A stretch of DNA of 64,000 bases from assembly GCA_964493205.1 (NCBI GenBank), contig CAZBMJ010000001.1, positions 9,611 through 73,610 on the forward strand, read 5' to 3'. A program made the translations under genes and the position numbers. The notes under the pieces are model-generated. The model saw only the letters and a program-made list of their open reading frames with translations. It did not search any database and was not told the DNA's origin. This DNA is from an uncultured Myxococcales bacterium. Lineage in GTDB: Bacteria > Myxococcota > UBA727 > JABDBI01. Below, piece after piece: positions 39,172 through 49,715 of this stretch (positions within the stretch are counted from its first letter, which is position 1; each line of letters begins with the position of its first letter).

Positions 39172-40449
39172 ATGCATGATCTAAAATGGATTGAATTAAA
39201 TAGTGATGAAGCAAGGGTATTGCTTAAAAAACGCGGTAATATCGGTGAATTTGATTCTCTAATAGCTTTGATTAAACAAAGAAAAGAACAAATAAAACTA
39301 GTTGAAGACCTTCAACAAAAGCGCAATGCTATAAACCTTACCCTCAAACAAGCCAGTAAAGAACAAATAGATGCAGCTAGAGAAGAAATGAGAAACTTAG
39401 GTGCCACGATTAAAGATCATGAGCAATCCTTAGATTCTATTCAAAGCAATCTAGAAAAAATCTTACTACAAGTACCTAATTTTCCACTTAATAGCGTACC
39501 TGAAGGTAAATCAGAAGACGATAATGTTGTAATAAAAGTTATGCTAGACAAGCCAAGTTTTAACTTTACCATACGTGATCATGTAGAAATAGGGCAACTC
39601 ACAGATACTATAGATATGCCAAGAGCAGCCAAAATATCTGGTACTAGATTTACCTTTTTAAAAGGAATGGGCGCTAGACTTAATAGAGCGTTAATACAAT
39701 TTTTTTGTGATTTTCATGCAAGCAAGGGCGATACTGAGTTTAGCACTCCTTATTTAGTTAAAGAGCCAGCAATGATTGGTACAGGCCAATTTCCCAAATT
39801 CAAAGAAGACGCATTTAGAGTTATTAAAGAACCTGATGAAGAATATTTTTTAATACCCACCGCAGAAGTGCCCTTAACTAATTATTATGCCGATGAAATT
39901 TTACCAGAAGAAGTATTGCCCTTAAGATTTTGTGCTTATTCTGCTTGTTTTAGGGCAGAAGCTGGAGCAGCAGGTAGAGACACCCGGGGTATGATCAGGC
40001 TTCACCAATTTGAAAAAGTAGAAATGGTGCGCTTTGCCAAAGAAGAACAGGCCATGGCAGAACTAGATTTAATGGTATCAAGAGCTTCTGAATTGCTTAG
40101 CTTACTAGAATTACCTCATAGAATTATTGAACTTTGTAGTGGCGACTTAGGCTTTGGCAGTGAAAAAACTTTTGACTTAGAAGTATTTTTGCCAAGCCAA
40201 AATATTTATAAAGAAATATCTTCATGCTCCTCTTTTGGTGGCTTTCAGGCCAGGAGAGCTAAAATTAGATATAAATCAGGAACAGATAAGCCAAAAATAA
40301 TAAATACTCTCAATGGTTCGGGATTGCCTTTGGGGAGAACTATTGTTGCGCTTTATGAAAATCATCAGCAAGCAGACGGTTCTGTAAAAATTCCTGAAGT
40401 TTTACAAAAATATATGAATGGTCTAAAAGTTATACCTGTTATGAAATAG
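39172..40449 (+). CDS. serS: seryl-tRNA synthetase
   Basis: N-terminal coiled-coil arm and class II motifs (FRAEAGAAGRDTRGMIRLHQF). ATG 39172 is preferred over the listed 39112. Confidence 0.9.
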   Translation: MHDLKWIELNSDEARVLLKKRGNIGEFDSLIALIKQRKEQIKLVEDLQQKRNAINLTLKQASKEQIDAAREEMRNLGATIKDHEQSLDSIQSNLEKILLQVPNFPLNSVPEGKSEDDNVVIKVMLDKPSFNFTIRDHVEIGQLTDTIDMPRAAKISGTRFTFLKGMGARLNRALIQFFCDFHASKGDTEFSTPYLVKEPAMIGTGQFPKFKEDAFRVIKEPDEEYFLIPTAEVPLTNYYADEILPEEVLPLRFCAYSACFRAEAGAAGRDTRGMIRLHQFEKVEMVRFAKEEQAMAELDLMVSRASELLSLLELPHRIIELCSGDLGFGSEKTFDLEVFLPSQNIYKEISSCSSFGGFQARRAKIRYKSGTDKPKIINTLNGSGLPLGRTIVALYENHQQADGSVKIPEVLQKYMNGLKVIPVMK

Positions 40450-40488
40450 CGAAAATAGTTCTTTATATAACTCAAGGTCTAGCTAAAC

Positions 40489-41205
40489 ATGCCTGAAATA
40501 TTTTTAGATCCACAAACATATTTAAGTTTTTTATTATTGACAGCCTTAGAGATTGTACTTGGTGTCGATAATATTCTTTTTATAAGCATTATTGTAAGTA
40601 GATTACCAAAAACTAAAAGAAAACTTGCGCGTAGATTAGGCCTTTCAATGGCCTTATTTGGTAGAATAGGTTTATTATTTTCCTTAAATTTTGTGATGTC
40701 TTTAACTAAACCTTTATTTAGTTTATTTAATTTTGAGTTTTCTGGTCGAGACTTAGTGCTTGGTTTGGGAGGCTTATTTTTAGTATATAAAGCTACACAA
40801 GAGATATTTTTTCATTTAGAAGAATCAAAAACTATCAATGAAGAGTCGAAAAAACCTATTTCTATGAGTTCAGCCATTGTTCAAATACTTGTGCTAGATT
40901 TAGTATTTTCTCTTGATTCTATTATCACTGCTATTGGTTTAGTTTCAAATGTAGGAATAATGGTAGCAGCTATTTTTATTGCAATTATTATTATGCTATT
41001 CTGCGCTGAAGGTATTAGTAATTTTCTTGATGAGCATCCTTCTATGAAGGTATTAGGCTTGGCGTTTTTGCTTTTAGTGGGTGTGTTATTAATAGCCGAA
41101 GCTTTTGGGCATCATGTTCCCAAAGCATATGTTTATTTTGCGCTAGCTTTTTCTACCTGTGTTGAAATGATCAATATTAAGCATAGAAAAAATGGGAAAA
41201 AGTAA
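40489..41205 (+). CDS. TerC family integral membrane protein
   Basis: LTALEIVLGVDNILFISII motif with multiple TM helices. Confidence 0.8.
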   Translation: MPEIFLDPQTYLSFLLLTALEIVLGVDNILFISIIVSRLPKTKRKLARRLGLSMALFGRIGLLFSLNFVMSLTKPLFSLFNFEFSGRDLVLGLGGLFLVYKATQEIFFHLEESKTINEESKKPISMSSAIVQILVLDLVFSLDSIITAIGLVSNVGIMVAAIFIAIIIMLFCAEGISNFLDEHPSMKVLGLAFLLLVGVLLIAEAFGHHVPKAYVYFALAFSTCVEMINIKHRKNGKK

Positions 41206-41350
41206 ATTTATTCCTTACTCTTTTTAGGAAAGATTTATTGACAGATAAAATATATGTATATATATATTCATTTTTAATTAATCTATGAGTAATAGTATGT
41301 TTAAAGTGATTATTTTTTATATTATATTTTATCTTGCCTTCGTGCCTCCA

Positions 41351-41368
41351 AACATAAAATATGCTCCC
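41351..41368. repeat. 18-bp direct repeat (left copy), an exact match to the dabB 3' terminus at 42796..42813
   Basis: CCAAACATAAAATATGCT is present at both sites, flanking the 41494..42705 gene. Confidence 0.6.
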
Positions 41369-41493
41369 GACTTCTGCACAAAGTAGATATTGACAAAAAA
41401 AATTGTGATGATTCTTGGTTATTATTTAAGCTCTTATTGCTTTTTGATTTATTGCACCTAGTAACTTGCCATTTGAGAGATGCCTAATTATCT

Positions 41494-42705
41494 TTAAAAG
41501 ATAAAATAACTGACCACTGCTATCGAACAGGCTATAGCAGCTCCTATGCCCAGAGCTTTATGGTTGAAATAATAGTTTTTTTTATTTTTTTGTTTAAAAA
41601 ACATTTTACTTTTGATTTTTACAGATTTCTCAATTTCTATGAGTGGCTTGTTTATGTCCACAATTAACTTACTTACTTCGCTAGCTGGATTAAAAATTTC
41701 ATAGCCTTGAGCATTAGATGCTAAGTCTATTATTTGCATTAAATTATTTTTTAGAACTTTTTTATCGTTACATGAAAAATTTTTCTCATAAAAAATTTGG
41801 CAAGAAGACTGATAGTGATAGGGAAAGTGAAATTCTAGATGCTTTGAATTTGTCCCAAGAGTAGCTAAAATTCTCAGGTCAAGCTGACATGAAATAATTT
41901 CAAAAGTCTCAACACCATAGTCAATTGCCCAAACAATATGAGAAGGCATCCTTATTTTATTTTCCACATCCTCGATATAATCTTTTACATCAGAATAAAT
42001 AAATATTTTTATATTTTGAAAAAGGTACTGCATTAAGTTATTAAATTGAGTCATTTTTGTTTCATTGCTTAATTGTGAATTATTAATATATCTATCATAA
42101 GATTTATCAATCAAATTTAGCTCAATATTTAAATTTTTTACATGTTTTATTTTACTCAATGAAAGCATTATAAGTAAATCTTGAAATAAGCCACCACTCG
42201 CAAATGAAGTAATAACTAATGTATTATTTAAATCACTTAAAATAGATGTTAATAGTGCTGGGTGAGCAAGTTCAGTACTAATAGCTCGTATTATGGTATC
42301 CCTTAAACTGGGGTCGCTCTTTCTATAATAGGGGCAATAATTTGTGCTGCATTCATCAAGCTTAGAGCATAAATTGGTATCAAAATTTTCAGTTGGTTTA
42401 GATAATTTGCTTTGCTCTTCATGCCAGATTTTTATTTTATTTTGGTAAATTTCTTTTGGGTTATTTTCTTGTACAACCCCTGGATGCATTTGTATAAATT
42501 CTTCATAACTTAGAGGCTGTTGGTTATAAAGAATAGAGTGCAAAATTTCGGAAGGACATTTTTCAAGAAAATATTGTAAAGCTGCAAATTGCTCATGATT
42601 AATTTCCGTATGATGCTTGAGCTCAAGGCCCTGCATAGACCATGAAAAGCTTGACCAGAGATATAAAATTGATATTATTGTCCATAAACATTTATATTGT
42701 TTCAT
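41494..42705 (-). CDS. hypothetical secreted protein with a C-terminal TM anchor
   Basis: Signal peptide MKQYKCLWTIISILYLW. RBS GGGGAG. C-terminal helix ALGIGAAIACSIAVVSYFIF. No recognisable domain. Confidence 0.5.
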   Translation of the reverse strand: MKQYKCLWTIISILYLWSSFSWSMQGLELKHHTEINHEQFAALQYFLEKCPSEILHSILYNQQPLSYEEFIQMHPGVVQENNPKEIYQNKIKIWHEEQSKLSKPTENFDTNLCSKLDECSTNYCPYYRKSDPSLRDTIIRAISTELAHPALLTSILSDLNNTLVITSFASGGLFQDLLIMLSLSKIKHVKNLNIELNLIDKSYDRYINNSQLSNETKMTQFNNLMQYLFQNIKIFIYSDVKDYIEDVENKIRMPSHIVWAIDYGVETFEIISCQLDLRILATLGTNSKHLEFHFPYHYQSSCQIFYEKNFSCNDKKVLKNNLMQIIDLASNAQGYEIFNPASEVSKLIVDINKPLIEIEKSVKIKSKMFFKQKNKKNYYFNHKALGIGAAIACSIAVVSYFIF

Positions 42706-42787
42706 TTTTTTCTCCCCAACTCTCATAGCAGACAAATATCTTGTAAGCTAGTAAGGGAGTAAGCACTTGGTTTAAGCAGATTTAACA

Positions 42788-44812
42788 TTAGTTACCAAAC
42801 ATAAAATATGCTGCAAAATTACCGACAATAAAAATAGTTAGGCACATAAGAGCTTTTAAGTGGGAAAAGTCTGGCAATAATTCTTGTGTGGTAGTTTGTC
42901 TTTTGCCATAGAGTACTGATGAAGTCATTTGTATAAGATTTATACCATTTATAACAAATATTAAGTGAAAACAAATAACAAATAACAGTCCTTTGTGAAT
43001 AGATAAATGCAGTAATAAATCTTCTGCAAAAAATGAAGTTGATAGAGGAAAAGCTATTATTCCTAAAATACTAATTAAAAATAGTGTTCCAGCACGAGGG
43101 AAAAAATAATAAAGACCTAAAAATTTTTCGAAAGAAACTATTTTTTTGTGCTTTTTAATATGATGCATGCAGTAAAGACAGACAAAAAAAGATATTACTA
43201 ACCCTAAAAAAAAGAAAATAATAGCTCGTAGGGAAACATCATTTACAAAAATAATACAGAGATAGCATAAAGCATAGCTAAGAATAACTAAACTAAGAAG
43301 TAAGACGGGGTCTTTTTTTTCAGCAAGAGCACATAAACTTAAAAACAGGCTTAAGGTTAACGCAAGCGCTTGAAAAAAATATAACTCTGGCCATAAAAGT
43401 AAACTACTAATAACGCTAAACATAAGTAATAAAGGAGGTATAAAAGAAAAAAATATAGTCTCAGAAATGGCGTTTAGTTTACTTCTTGAAGAGATCTTAT
43501 TAAAAATAAATAAATTATTGTAACAAGCTTCACTTACTATTTTTATTGGCGTAACAAAAATTTTTATTAAAATTGCTTCAAAATATCCTTCGTTTAGGGC
43601 AAAGATAAATAATCCTTGATGAAATTTTTTGGGTACTAAGTTAAGTACAGAATATCTTTGTAAAAAATAGGCAGGTTTTTCTAGACTTTGTAATTGCAAG
43701 TGAGTTGCTATAATAGAAGGTGAAACAAGCAACTGAAAACAACGCAAAAATGTGTTTCCTACCATATGAAATAAAGCTAAATATTTAAGACCTAGAGCAA
43801 GTTCTATGAGTATTATTCCAACTTGAGCAATAGAAGTATAGCCAATTTGGCCTTTAATATTTGATTGTACATGAGCAAAAAGGCTACAGCTTAATGTTGT
43901 TATTAATCCAATGCTTGCGAGCAAATAACTAAAACCAGGAGTGCCTTGCCAAATAGGCATGGTTCTGATGAGTAAAAAAACTCCTGCATGTATTGATAAG
44001 GAACCATAAAAAAGTGCACTGGAAGAAGTAGGGCCTTCCATAGCTTTAGGAAGCCAAAAACTAAATGGAAATTGAGCAGATTTCCCTAAGACTGGCAGCA
44101 ATAAACAGATGCTTAAAATCCAATGCCAAAAAAGAGAAATAGGCATTTCTGATTGCAAGTTCGACCACTTGTTAAGTTCTTCAAAAGTTGTGGCATCATG
44201 CCAATAAAAATGCGTAATTAAAACTCCAGCCAAAAATCCTAAATCACAAACACGAAAAATATAATATGCTCTATTAGCTGCTACAATAGCTTTTGGCCGG
44301 TGCCAAAAATATCCTATTAATAAGAAAGATGAAATTCCCATTATTTCCCAAGCAGCAAAAGTTATGTCGAGAGTTCCTGATAATGAAACCAAATTAATAC
44401 CAAAGGTAAAAAATGAAACTACAGTAAAAAACCTAGTAAAACCGGGATCACGGTGCATATATTTAGTGGAGAAAAAACATATTATATTGACTATTAATGT
44501 TGAGCATAACAAATAAATTATAGATATTAAATCTACAAATAATGAAAAATGCAGATGATAATCAGGTAAAATATAGAGTTTAAATAATTCGTAAGATTCA
44601 GTTGGCATAAACGCTCTTATCCAAGCAATAAAAGCCATTAATGTAAAAAATAAATTTATTAAAAAAATACTTTTGATAATTATAACAGTAAGATATTCTT
44701 TTTTTATTATAGTAATTTTATTTAAATTAAGAAGACTTAAGCAAAGCCCAGATAATAATGGAGTAAATAGGCAAACTAGTAATGAAAACCATAATAAATT
44801 CAGGTTAATCAT
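42788..44812 (-). CDS. dabB: DabB, NuoL/MnhA-like proton-translocating membrane subunit of the DAB inorganic-carbon pump
   Basis: 674-aa polytopic protein with NuoL/Mrp antiporter-like helices. Its stop overlaps the dabA 3' end. Confidence 0.7.
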   Translation of the reverse strand: MINLNLLWFSLLVCLFTPLLSGLCLSLLNLNKITIIKKEYLTVIIIKSIFLINLFFTLMAFIAWIRAFMPTESYELFKLYILPDYHLHFSLFVDLISIIYLLCSTLIVNIICFFSTKYMHRDPGFTRFFTVVSFFTFGINLVSLSGTLDITFAAWEIMGISSFLLIGYFWHRPKAIVAANRAYYIFRVCDLGFLAGVLITHFYWHDATTFEELNKWSNLQSEMPISLFWHWILSICLLLPVLGKSAQFPFSFWLPKAMEGPTSSSALFYGSLSIHAGVFLLIRTMPIWQGTPGFSYLLASIGLITTLSCSLFAHVQSNIKGQIGYTSIAQVGIILIELALGLKYLALFHMVGNTFLRCFQLLVSPSIIATHLQLQSLEKPAYFLQRYSVLNLVPKKFHQGLFIFALNEGYFEAILIKIFVTPIKIVSEACYNNLFIFNKISSRSKLNAISETIFFSFIPPLLLMFSVISSLLLWPELYFFQALALTLSLFLSLCALAEKKDPVLLLSLVILSYALCYLCIIFVNDVSLRAIIFFFLGLVISFFVCLYCMHHIKKHKKIVSFEKFLGLYYFFPRAGTLFLISILGIIAFPLSTSFFAEDLLLHLSIHKGLLFVICFHLIFVINGINLIQMTSSVLYGKRQTTTQELLPDFSHLKALMCLTIFIVGNFAAYFMFGN

Positions 44813-47168
44813 TTAGTCCTCCTTCTAAAATTTTAAATTCTTTTGTTTCTGTACAAAAAATCCATAGTTTATTTTCAGTAATGGATAAACAACCAAGCTT
44901 CATCCAGTCATTAAAAATCCAATTATGAAATGCTTGATTATTTTGTATTATTTTTTTAATTATTTCTTTCTCTTGTTCTATTACTAAAAAAAGCCGTATG
45001 GGATCATGTAGTTCTGTCATTTGGATAGGTAGACCAGTTCTTAAGTCATCATCTGCTCCATTGCCTACCCCTAAAAGACTTGAAACATTATGAGAAACTT
45101 TACTTCCACAACCATAGATGCTTGGGTCAAGTCTAGAAAAATAGTATGCTAAATTAATCCCTCCAGCTACTGGTATTAATGCTGACAAAATTTCATTAAG
45201 AATAATGCCTTCTGGATCAGTTAAGGGATCATAGCTTTGCAGAAATGCTCTGCGATTAAAATTTTTTCCATAAGAACGCTGACGTCTTGCTACAATTGCT
45301 AAAGCATTGGTGGCATTCCCCAGTTCTGGCCTGGGTTCAAAGAGTGATAAAGAACGTTTTTTGACTTCTAACAAAGCATCTTTGGGGCTTATATCTTTGG
45401 AGACTAAAGCAAATTTTTCGCATCTTTCTTTAGCATTATGCATACAAACTTTATGAAGAATTTTTTTAAAGTTAGAAATATGATTTTTGTGGTTAGGAAG
45501 TAAATTTTTAGTATCAAAAAATTCTACTTCGTCTGTGCATGTATTATGTGAGCCAGCTACAAATATGGTAGAGTCAGGTATTTTTAAATCTTGTTGTTCT
45601 AAAAGTTTTCTTACTTGCCTATTATTAGCCATTTGAGCTAAAATAATAGCGTTAATAGTGCCCGGCTGGCCGCAACATGCTCCACAATTATATCCAGCAA
45701 AATGGGGATTGTTAGTGCTAGTTGATCCATGAGCCATAAAAATTATTAAAGGCGCAAAATTATTCAGTAATCCTATTGAAGTAAGAGTTTTTTTAACAAT
45801 AAATGCCATTTCGTCTTCAGTATAGCCAATTTGATATTGTTTATACTTTGGAAATTTTGAATCAAAAATAAAATCAAAATTATTAAAAGTTTCCTTAGTA
45901 ATAGGTCCTTGCCACCATTTTTTTTGTGGCCATACAAGACTTGCAAGCATGCTCAATAAAGAAAGATGTCCAAGGGTATGGGTGGCGATAAAGTCGAGAA
46001 AAATATTATGAGAGCCATATTTAGCGGCATAATTAGTAAGAGCTAAATATTTATTTTTTTTTGGTTTATTTTTACGAATTATTACATGAGTGGGATTTAG
46101 GGGGAGTGGGCAAATTTTTTCTTTTTGTTTTGAGCTTTCATCTAATAAAAAACTGTCTATATTAAAAAAACCAGGCATGCTAAAAGTCTCAATATTCAAA
46201 GAAAAATGTTCTAACCACCTTCTGAAAGATTCTTCTCGAGCATCTATGCAACAAATTACTTGGGTATCAATTGTAGATTCTATTTTATTTGGTGCCAAAA
46301 CTAAAAGTTTAGCAACTTTTTCATAATAAGTAAGCTCCATAGCTTCATGCCAAATTTTTTGTAAATTTCTAACTTGGTTATTTTTATTAAAATCTGCTTC
46401 AAGTTTGCTTAGGTAAACAGTAGTTTTTTTATATTTTTCTATGAACAGATATTCTAGAACAAGTTTAAAAGCCAATACTTCTTTTAGGGTTATATTTACT
46501 GGTTGATTTAGTAATTTTGAACTCTTTTCTAAAGAATTTACCATTCCTGACCAGCCAGGGTGAACTAGTAGTGATTCAAAAATATATTGTTCATAATAAA
46601 TTTCGTCTTTAGTAATTAATTTAAGTATATCTAGAATTATTTTATCAGGCTCATTAATTAAGTATTGATTTAAAGTTTTATTACTCGCAAATGAAACTAG
46701 CGGCATAGTGCTCTTAGTAATTAAATCCCGTACGCTTATTAAAAATCCTTTAGTTTTATCTAAGTAATTCCATAAGCTAATACCTTGATCTGTGTAAAAG
46801 CTAAGTAATCTAAATAATATTGGATTAATGTGATGATCAATATTTTTCTTTATTTGCTTATTGATTAAATCCCTAAAAGTTCTTTTTTTAAAAATTTCTT
46901 CTGCCTCATTAAAATTATTTAAATCATGCAAAGTTATTTTTTCATCAGATATTTCTTGGTTTTTATATTTTTGTCTATAAAAAGATAAGGGCATATAGCT
47001 GTAAGAGTTATATATCTCTGAGGCTTTTTTTATGCCTTCATGAAAATTATAGTCCATAAAACTAAGTAGAATATTTTGTTGGACAAAGTTTTTGATGGGA
47101 CCTTGAATAGGCAAATATTTCCTAACATAACTTAGACAATCATCTAAGTTAAAGTTGTTATTATTCAC
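44805..47168 (-). CDS. dabA: DabA (DUF2309) carbonic-anhydrase-like subunit
   Basis: 787 aa with the conserved CCIDAREE and HGSTSTNNPHFAGYNCGACCG metal-ligand regions. GTG start with GTGAGG RBS. Overlaps dabB by 8 nt. Confidence 0.75.
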   Translation of the reverse strand: MNNNNFNLDDCLSYVRKYLPIQGPIKNFVQQNILLSFMDYNFHEGIKKASEIYNSYSYMPLSFYRQKYKNQEISDEKITLHDLNNFNEAEEIFKKRTFRDLINKQIKKNIDHHINPILFRLLSFYTDQGISLWNYLDKTKGFLISVRDLITKSTMPLVSFASNKTLNQYLINEPDKIILDILKLITKDEIYYEQYIFESLLVHPGWSGMVNSLEKSSKLLNQPVNITLKEVLAFKLVLEYLFIEKYKKTTVYLSKLEADFNKNNQVRNLQKIWHEAMELTYYEKVAKLLVLAPNKIESTIDTQVICCIDAREESFRRWLEHFSLNIETFSMPGFFNIDSFLLDESSKQKEKICPLPLNPTHVIIRKNKPKKNKYLALTNYAAKYGSHNIFLDFIATHTLGHLSLLSMLASLVWPQKKWWQGPITKETFNNFDFIFDSKFPKYKQYQIGYTEDEMAFIVKKTLTSIGLLNNFAPLIIFMAHGSTSTNNPHFAGYNCGACCGQPGTINAIILAQMANNRQVRKLLEQQDLKIPDSTIFVAGSHNTCTDEVEFFDTKNLLPNHKNHISNFKKILHKVCMHNAKERCEKFALVSKDISPKDALLEVKKRSLSLFEPRPELGNATNALAIVARRQRSYGKNFNRRAFLQSYDPLTDPEGIILNEILSALIPVAGGINLAYYFSRLDPSIYGCGSKVSHNVSSLLGVGNGADDDLRTGLPIQMTELHDPIRLFLVIEQEKEIIKKIIQNNQAFHNWIFNDWMKLGCLSITENKLWIFCTETKEFKILEGGLND

Positions 47169-47175
47169 TAGTGCC

Positions 47176-48753
47176 TCACGCGGTTTTATGAGTTGCTAAG
47201 CAATGATTAGAAACAGGTTTTAGTTTAATTAAGCCTGTTATTTGTAATTTTTCAGCTGTAAATTTAGATAAAAAATTTTTTAAACATATCATCGTTGTGT
47301 GGTCAATAATATTTACTTGCGATACATCTAAAATAACTTTTTTAGAATTATTAAGTTCTTTATTAAGCAAATTTTGTAGCTGTAGGGAATTAGAAAATAC
47401 TAAAGCTCTTGTTACTTCAATAATTGTTTGCTCGTCAGTATGGGTTATTTTACTTTTTAGAATAAAAAAATCTTTAATAGTAAGGCCTCTGCTTAAATGA
47501 AAAATCACTTTAACTAATAAACCAGCCATTACACCTATCAGTAAATCTTCCGCTAAAGTTACCAATAAAGTTGTACAAAACATTAATAATTGATCTATAC
47601 CGATACTTTTTGCATGCTTAATTTGACTTGGAGCAGCTAGTTTAAAGCCAACCATAATTAACATAGCAGCCAGTGCTGAGAGAGGTATTTCTCTTAGTAA
47701 ATCACCAAAAAATACTACAGCAATCAATAAAAATAAACCATGAAAGAAAGCTGACCATTTATTGCTTGCTTTGCTGTCAATATTAGCTTTACTTCTTACT
47801 ACTTCTGAAATCATAGGCAGCCCACCTAATAGTGAGCTAATCAAGTTGCCCACACCAATGGCTAGAAGATCTTTGTTTAAGTCAGATTCTTTTTTTGTCT
47901 GCGTTATAGAATCCACAGCTATAACTGTTAATACAGACTCAAGACTGCCCACTAAAGCAAGCATGGCAACATATTTATACGCAATAGCTTGTTGTAAAAT
48001 ACTAAAGTCAGGCCATACCAATGAATCTAGTAAGCTATGGGGTATATTTATTAAAAATTCAGGTCCAACGTTAAAGTCATAACCAAATAAAGTATAAGAA
48101 TGAGCATCGTGTAAATGCCAAACGATGCTTAATGGAACGACTATTAATAAGGCAGCCAGTGCTGGGGGTATGGTTTTGATTATTCTATTATTATTTTTAG
48201 GCAGTAAAACCATGCAGAAAATAGTTATTAATCCAATAAATAAAAGTTCTGGATTAGCGTGCATAATACTATTAGGTATTTCACTTAATAGTTCAAAAGG
48301 AGTTTTTCCAGAAGGAATATTACCTAGTAAAATATGGCTTTGCTTAGCAATAATAATGACTCCAATAGCAGCAAGCATTCCATGAATTACAGAAGGTGGC
48401 ATTATTTTACCAAATTTGGCAGTTTTAAATAAAGCCAGTAAAATTTGACATAAAGCAGCAACAACTCCTACAGCTAACGCTCTTTTATAACCTAGTACTA
48501 CATCTCCTTGCCCCAAATCATTTACAGTCGCCATTACAATAACGATAAGTCCAGCAGCAGGGCCCTTTATAGATAACTTACAACCAGCTAAGTGACTGCA
48601 GACTATTCCTGCAACTATAGCCGTTATTAATCCAGCAATGGGAGGAAAAGAACTTGCAGAGGCTATACCAAGGCTTAAAGGCATAGCTAATAAAGCAATA
48701 AAAAAACCAGATTGAATATTTTTAAAAATATGATTATCAAGTTGTCTGTTCAT
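47176..48753 (-). CDS. SulP family anion transporter with a C-terminal STAS domain (candidate bicarbonate transporter)
   Basis: SulP TM core plus a STAS domain. Its stop lies 7 nt before the dabA start. Confidence 0.75.
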   Translation of the reverse strand: MNRQLDNHIFKNIQSGFFIALLAMPLSLGIASASSFPPIAGLITAIVAGIVCSHLAGCKLSIKGPAAGLIVIVMATVNDLGQGDVVLGYKRALAVGVVAALCQILLALFKTAKFGKIMPPSVIHGMLAAIGVIIIAKQSHILLGNIPSGKTPFELLSEIPNSIMHANPELLFIGLITIFCMVLLPKNNNRIIKTIPPALAALLIVVPLSIVWHLHDAHSYTLFGYDFNVGPEFLINIPHSLLDSLVWPDFSILQQAIAYKYVAMLALVGSLESVLTVIAVDSITQTKKESDLNKDLLAIGVGNLISSLLGGLPMISEVVRSKANIDSKASNKWSAFFHGLFLLIAVVFFGDLLREIPLSALAAMLIMVGFKLAAPSQIKHAKSIGIDQLLMFCTTLLVTLAEDLLIGVMAGLLVKVIFHLSRGLTIKDFFILKSKITHTDEQTIIEVTRALVFSNSLQLQNLLNKELNNSKKVILDVSQVNIIDHTTMICLKNFLSKFTAEKLQITGLIKLKPVSNHCLATHKTA

Positions 48754-48888
48754 AATTTTTCCCATTGGATTCACTACCAGTATAGCTTTATTTGCTGTAT
48801 TTGGAAGGAATTTTAGGCATATAGTCAAGTATTGACAAACAAATTTAAAATTGATCAAGCTTTATTTAAATTTTACAGGAATTTAAAA

Positions 48889-49686
48889 ATGAAAAAACTA
48901 ATGGTTATATTTTTTTTGATGGCTTCTTTTTCAGCAACAGCAAGTAATACTTCCAGTAGCATATTAACTATGGCTGATATAGCTATATATATGAAAGAAT
49001 TTAAGGAACCTAAGACTCATTGTTTCGCAAATGAAAAATTTGTTAGAAAATTACAAACTATAAATACCTTTTTTATTGATAATAACGATTGCAAAATGCA
49101 AGAAAAATATCATTCGCTAATTTCTGAAGTTATTTCTCCTATTTGCGCTCGTGCAAAAATTAAAAATCTAAATATAAATAATTTTAATATTGATCATAAT
49201 TTTATTGGTCTTCTTTTAGCAGAAAGAAGCTCTTTTTCTTGTTTAACTGAATTAAATTTATCATTTAATAGTCTTCTGGCTATTCCTGAGAGTGTATATT
49301 TGATTTGTCAATTACGAGTATTGAAACTGCACTTTAATGATATAAAAAATATTGGCAAAAAAATATCTAATTTAACCAATTTAGAGCAGCTTATATTAGA
49401 TAATAATAATATTGTTAAATTGCCGTCCAGTATTTGTGAGTTAAAAAAAATAAAATTAATCAGTTTATTAGATAATGATACTGTAATAAGCCATAGTATG
49501 GAAAATCATTTTGAGAAAATAGGATGCAAGATTATTTTAGATCAAGAGGTAACAGAATCAATAGAGGGAAGCACTGAAGCTTTAGAGCAAACTGGCGAAG
49601 AAATAGAAGCAACAGAATCCTTAGAACAAAGTGGCGAAGAAATATTTCCTATGGATATAGATGATGAAGATAGTTCACAGGATTAA
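48889..49686 (+). CDS. secreted leucine-rich-repeat protein with an acidic C-terminal repeat
   Basis: Signal peptide MKKLMVIFFLMASFSATA. LRRs (LTELNLSFNSLLAIP, LRVLKLHFNDIKNI, LEQLILDNNNIVKLP). C-terminal TEALEQTGEEIEA/TESLEQSGEEIF. Confidence 0.7.
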   Translation: MKKLMVIFFLMASFSATASNTSSSILTMADIAIYMKEFKEPKTHCFANEKFVRKLQTINTFFIDNNDCKMQEKYHSLISEVISPICARAKIKNLNINNFNIDHNFIGLLLAERSSFSCLTELNLSFNSLLAIPESVYLICQLRVLKLHFNDIKNIGKKISNLTNLEQLILDNNNIVKLPSSICELKKIKLISLLDNDTVISHSMENHFEKIGCKIILDQEVTESIEGSTEALEQTGEEIEATESLEQSGEEIFPMDIDDEDSSQD

Positions 49687-49715
49687 AAAAGCTAGTTTTT
49701 AAGCTAGCCAAAATA

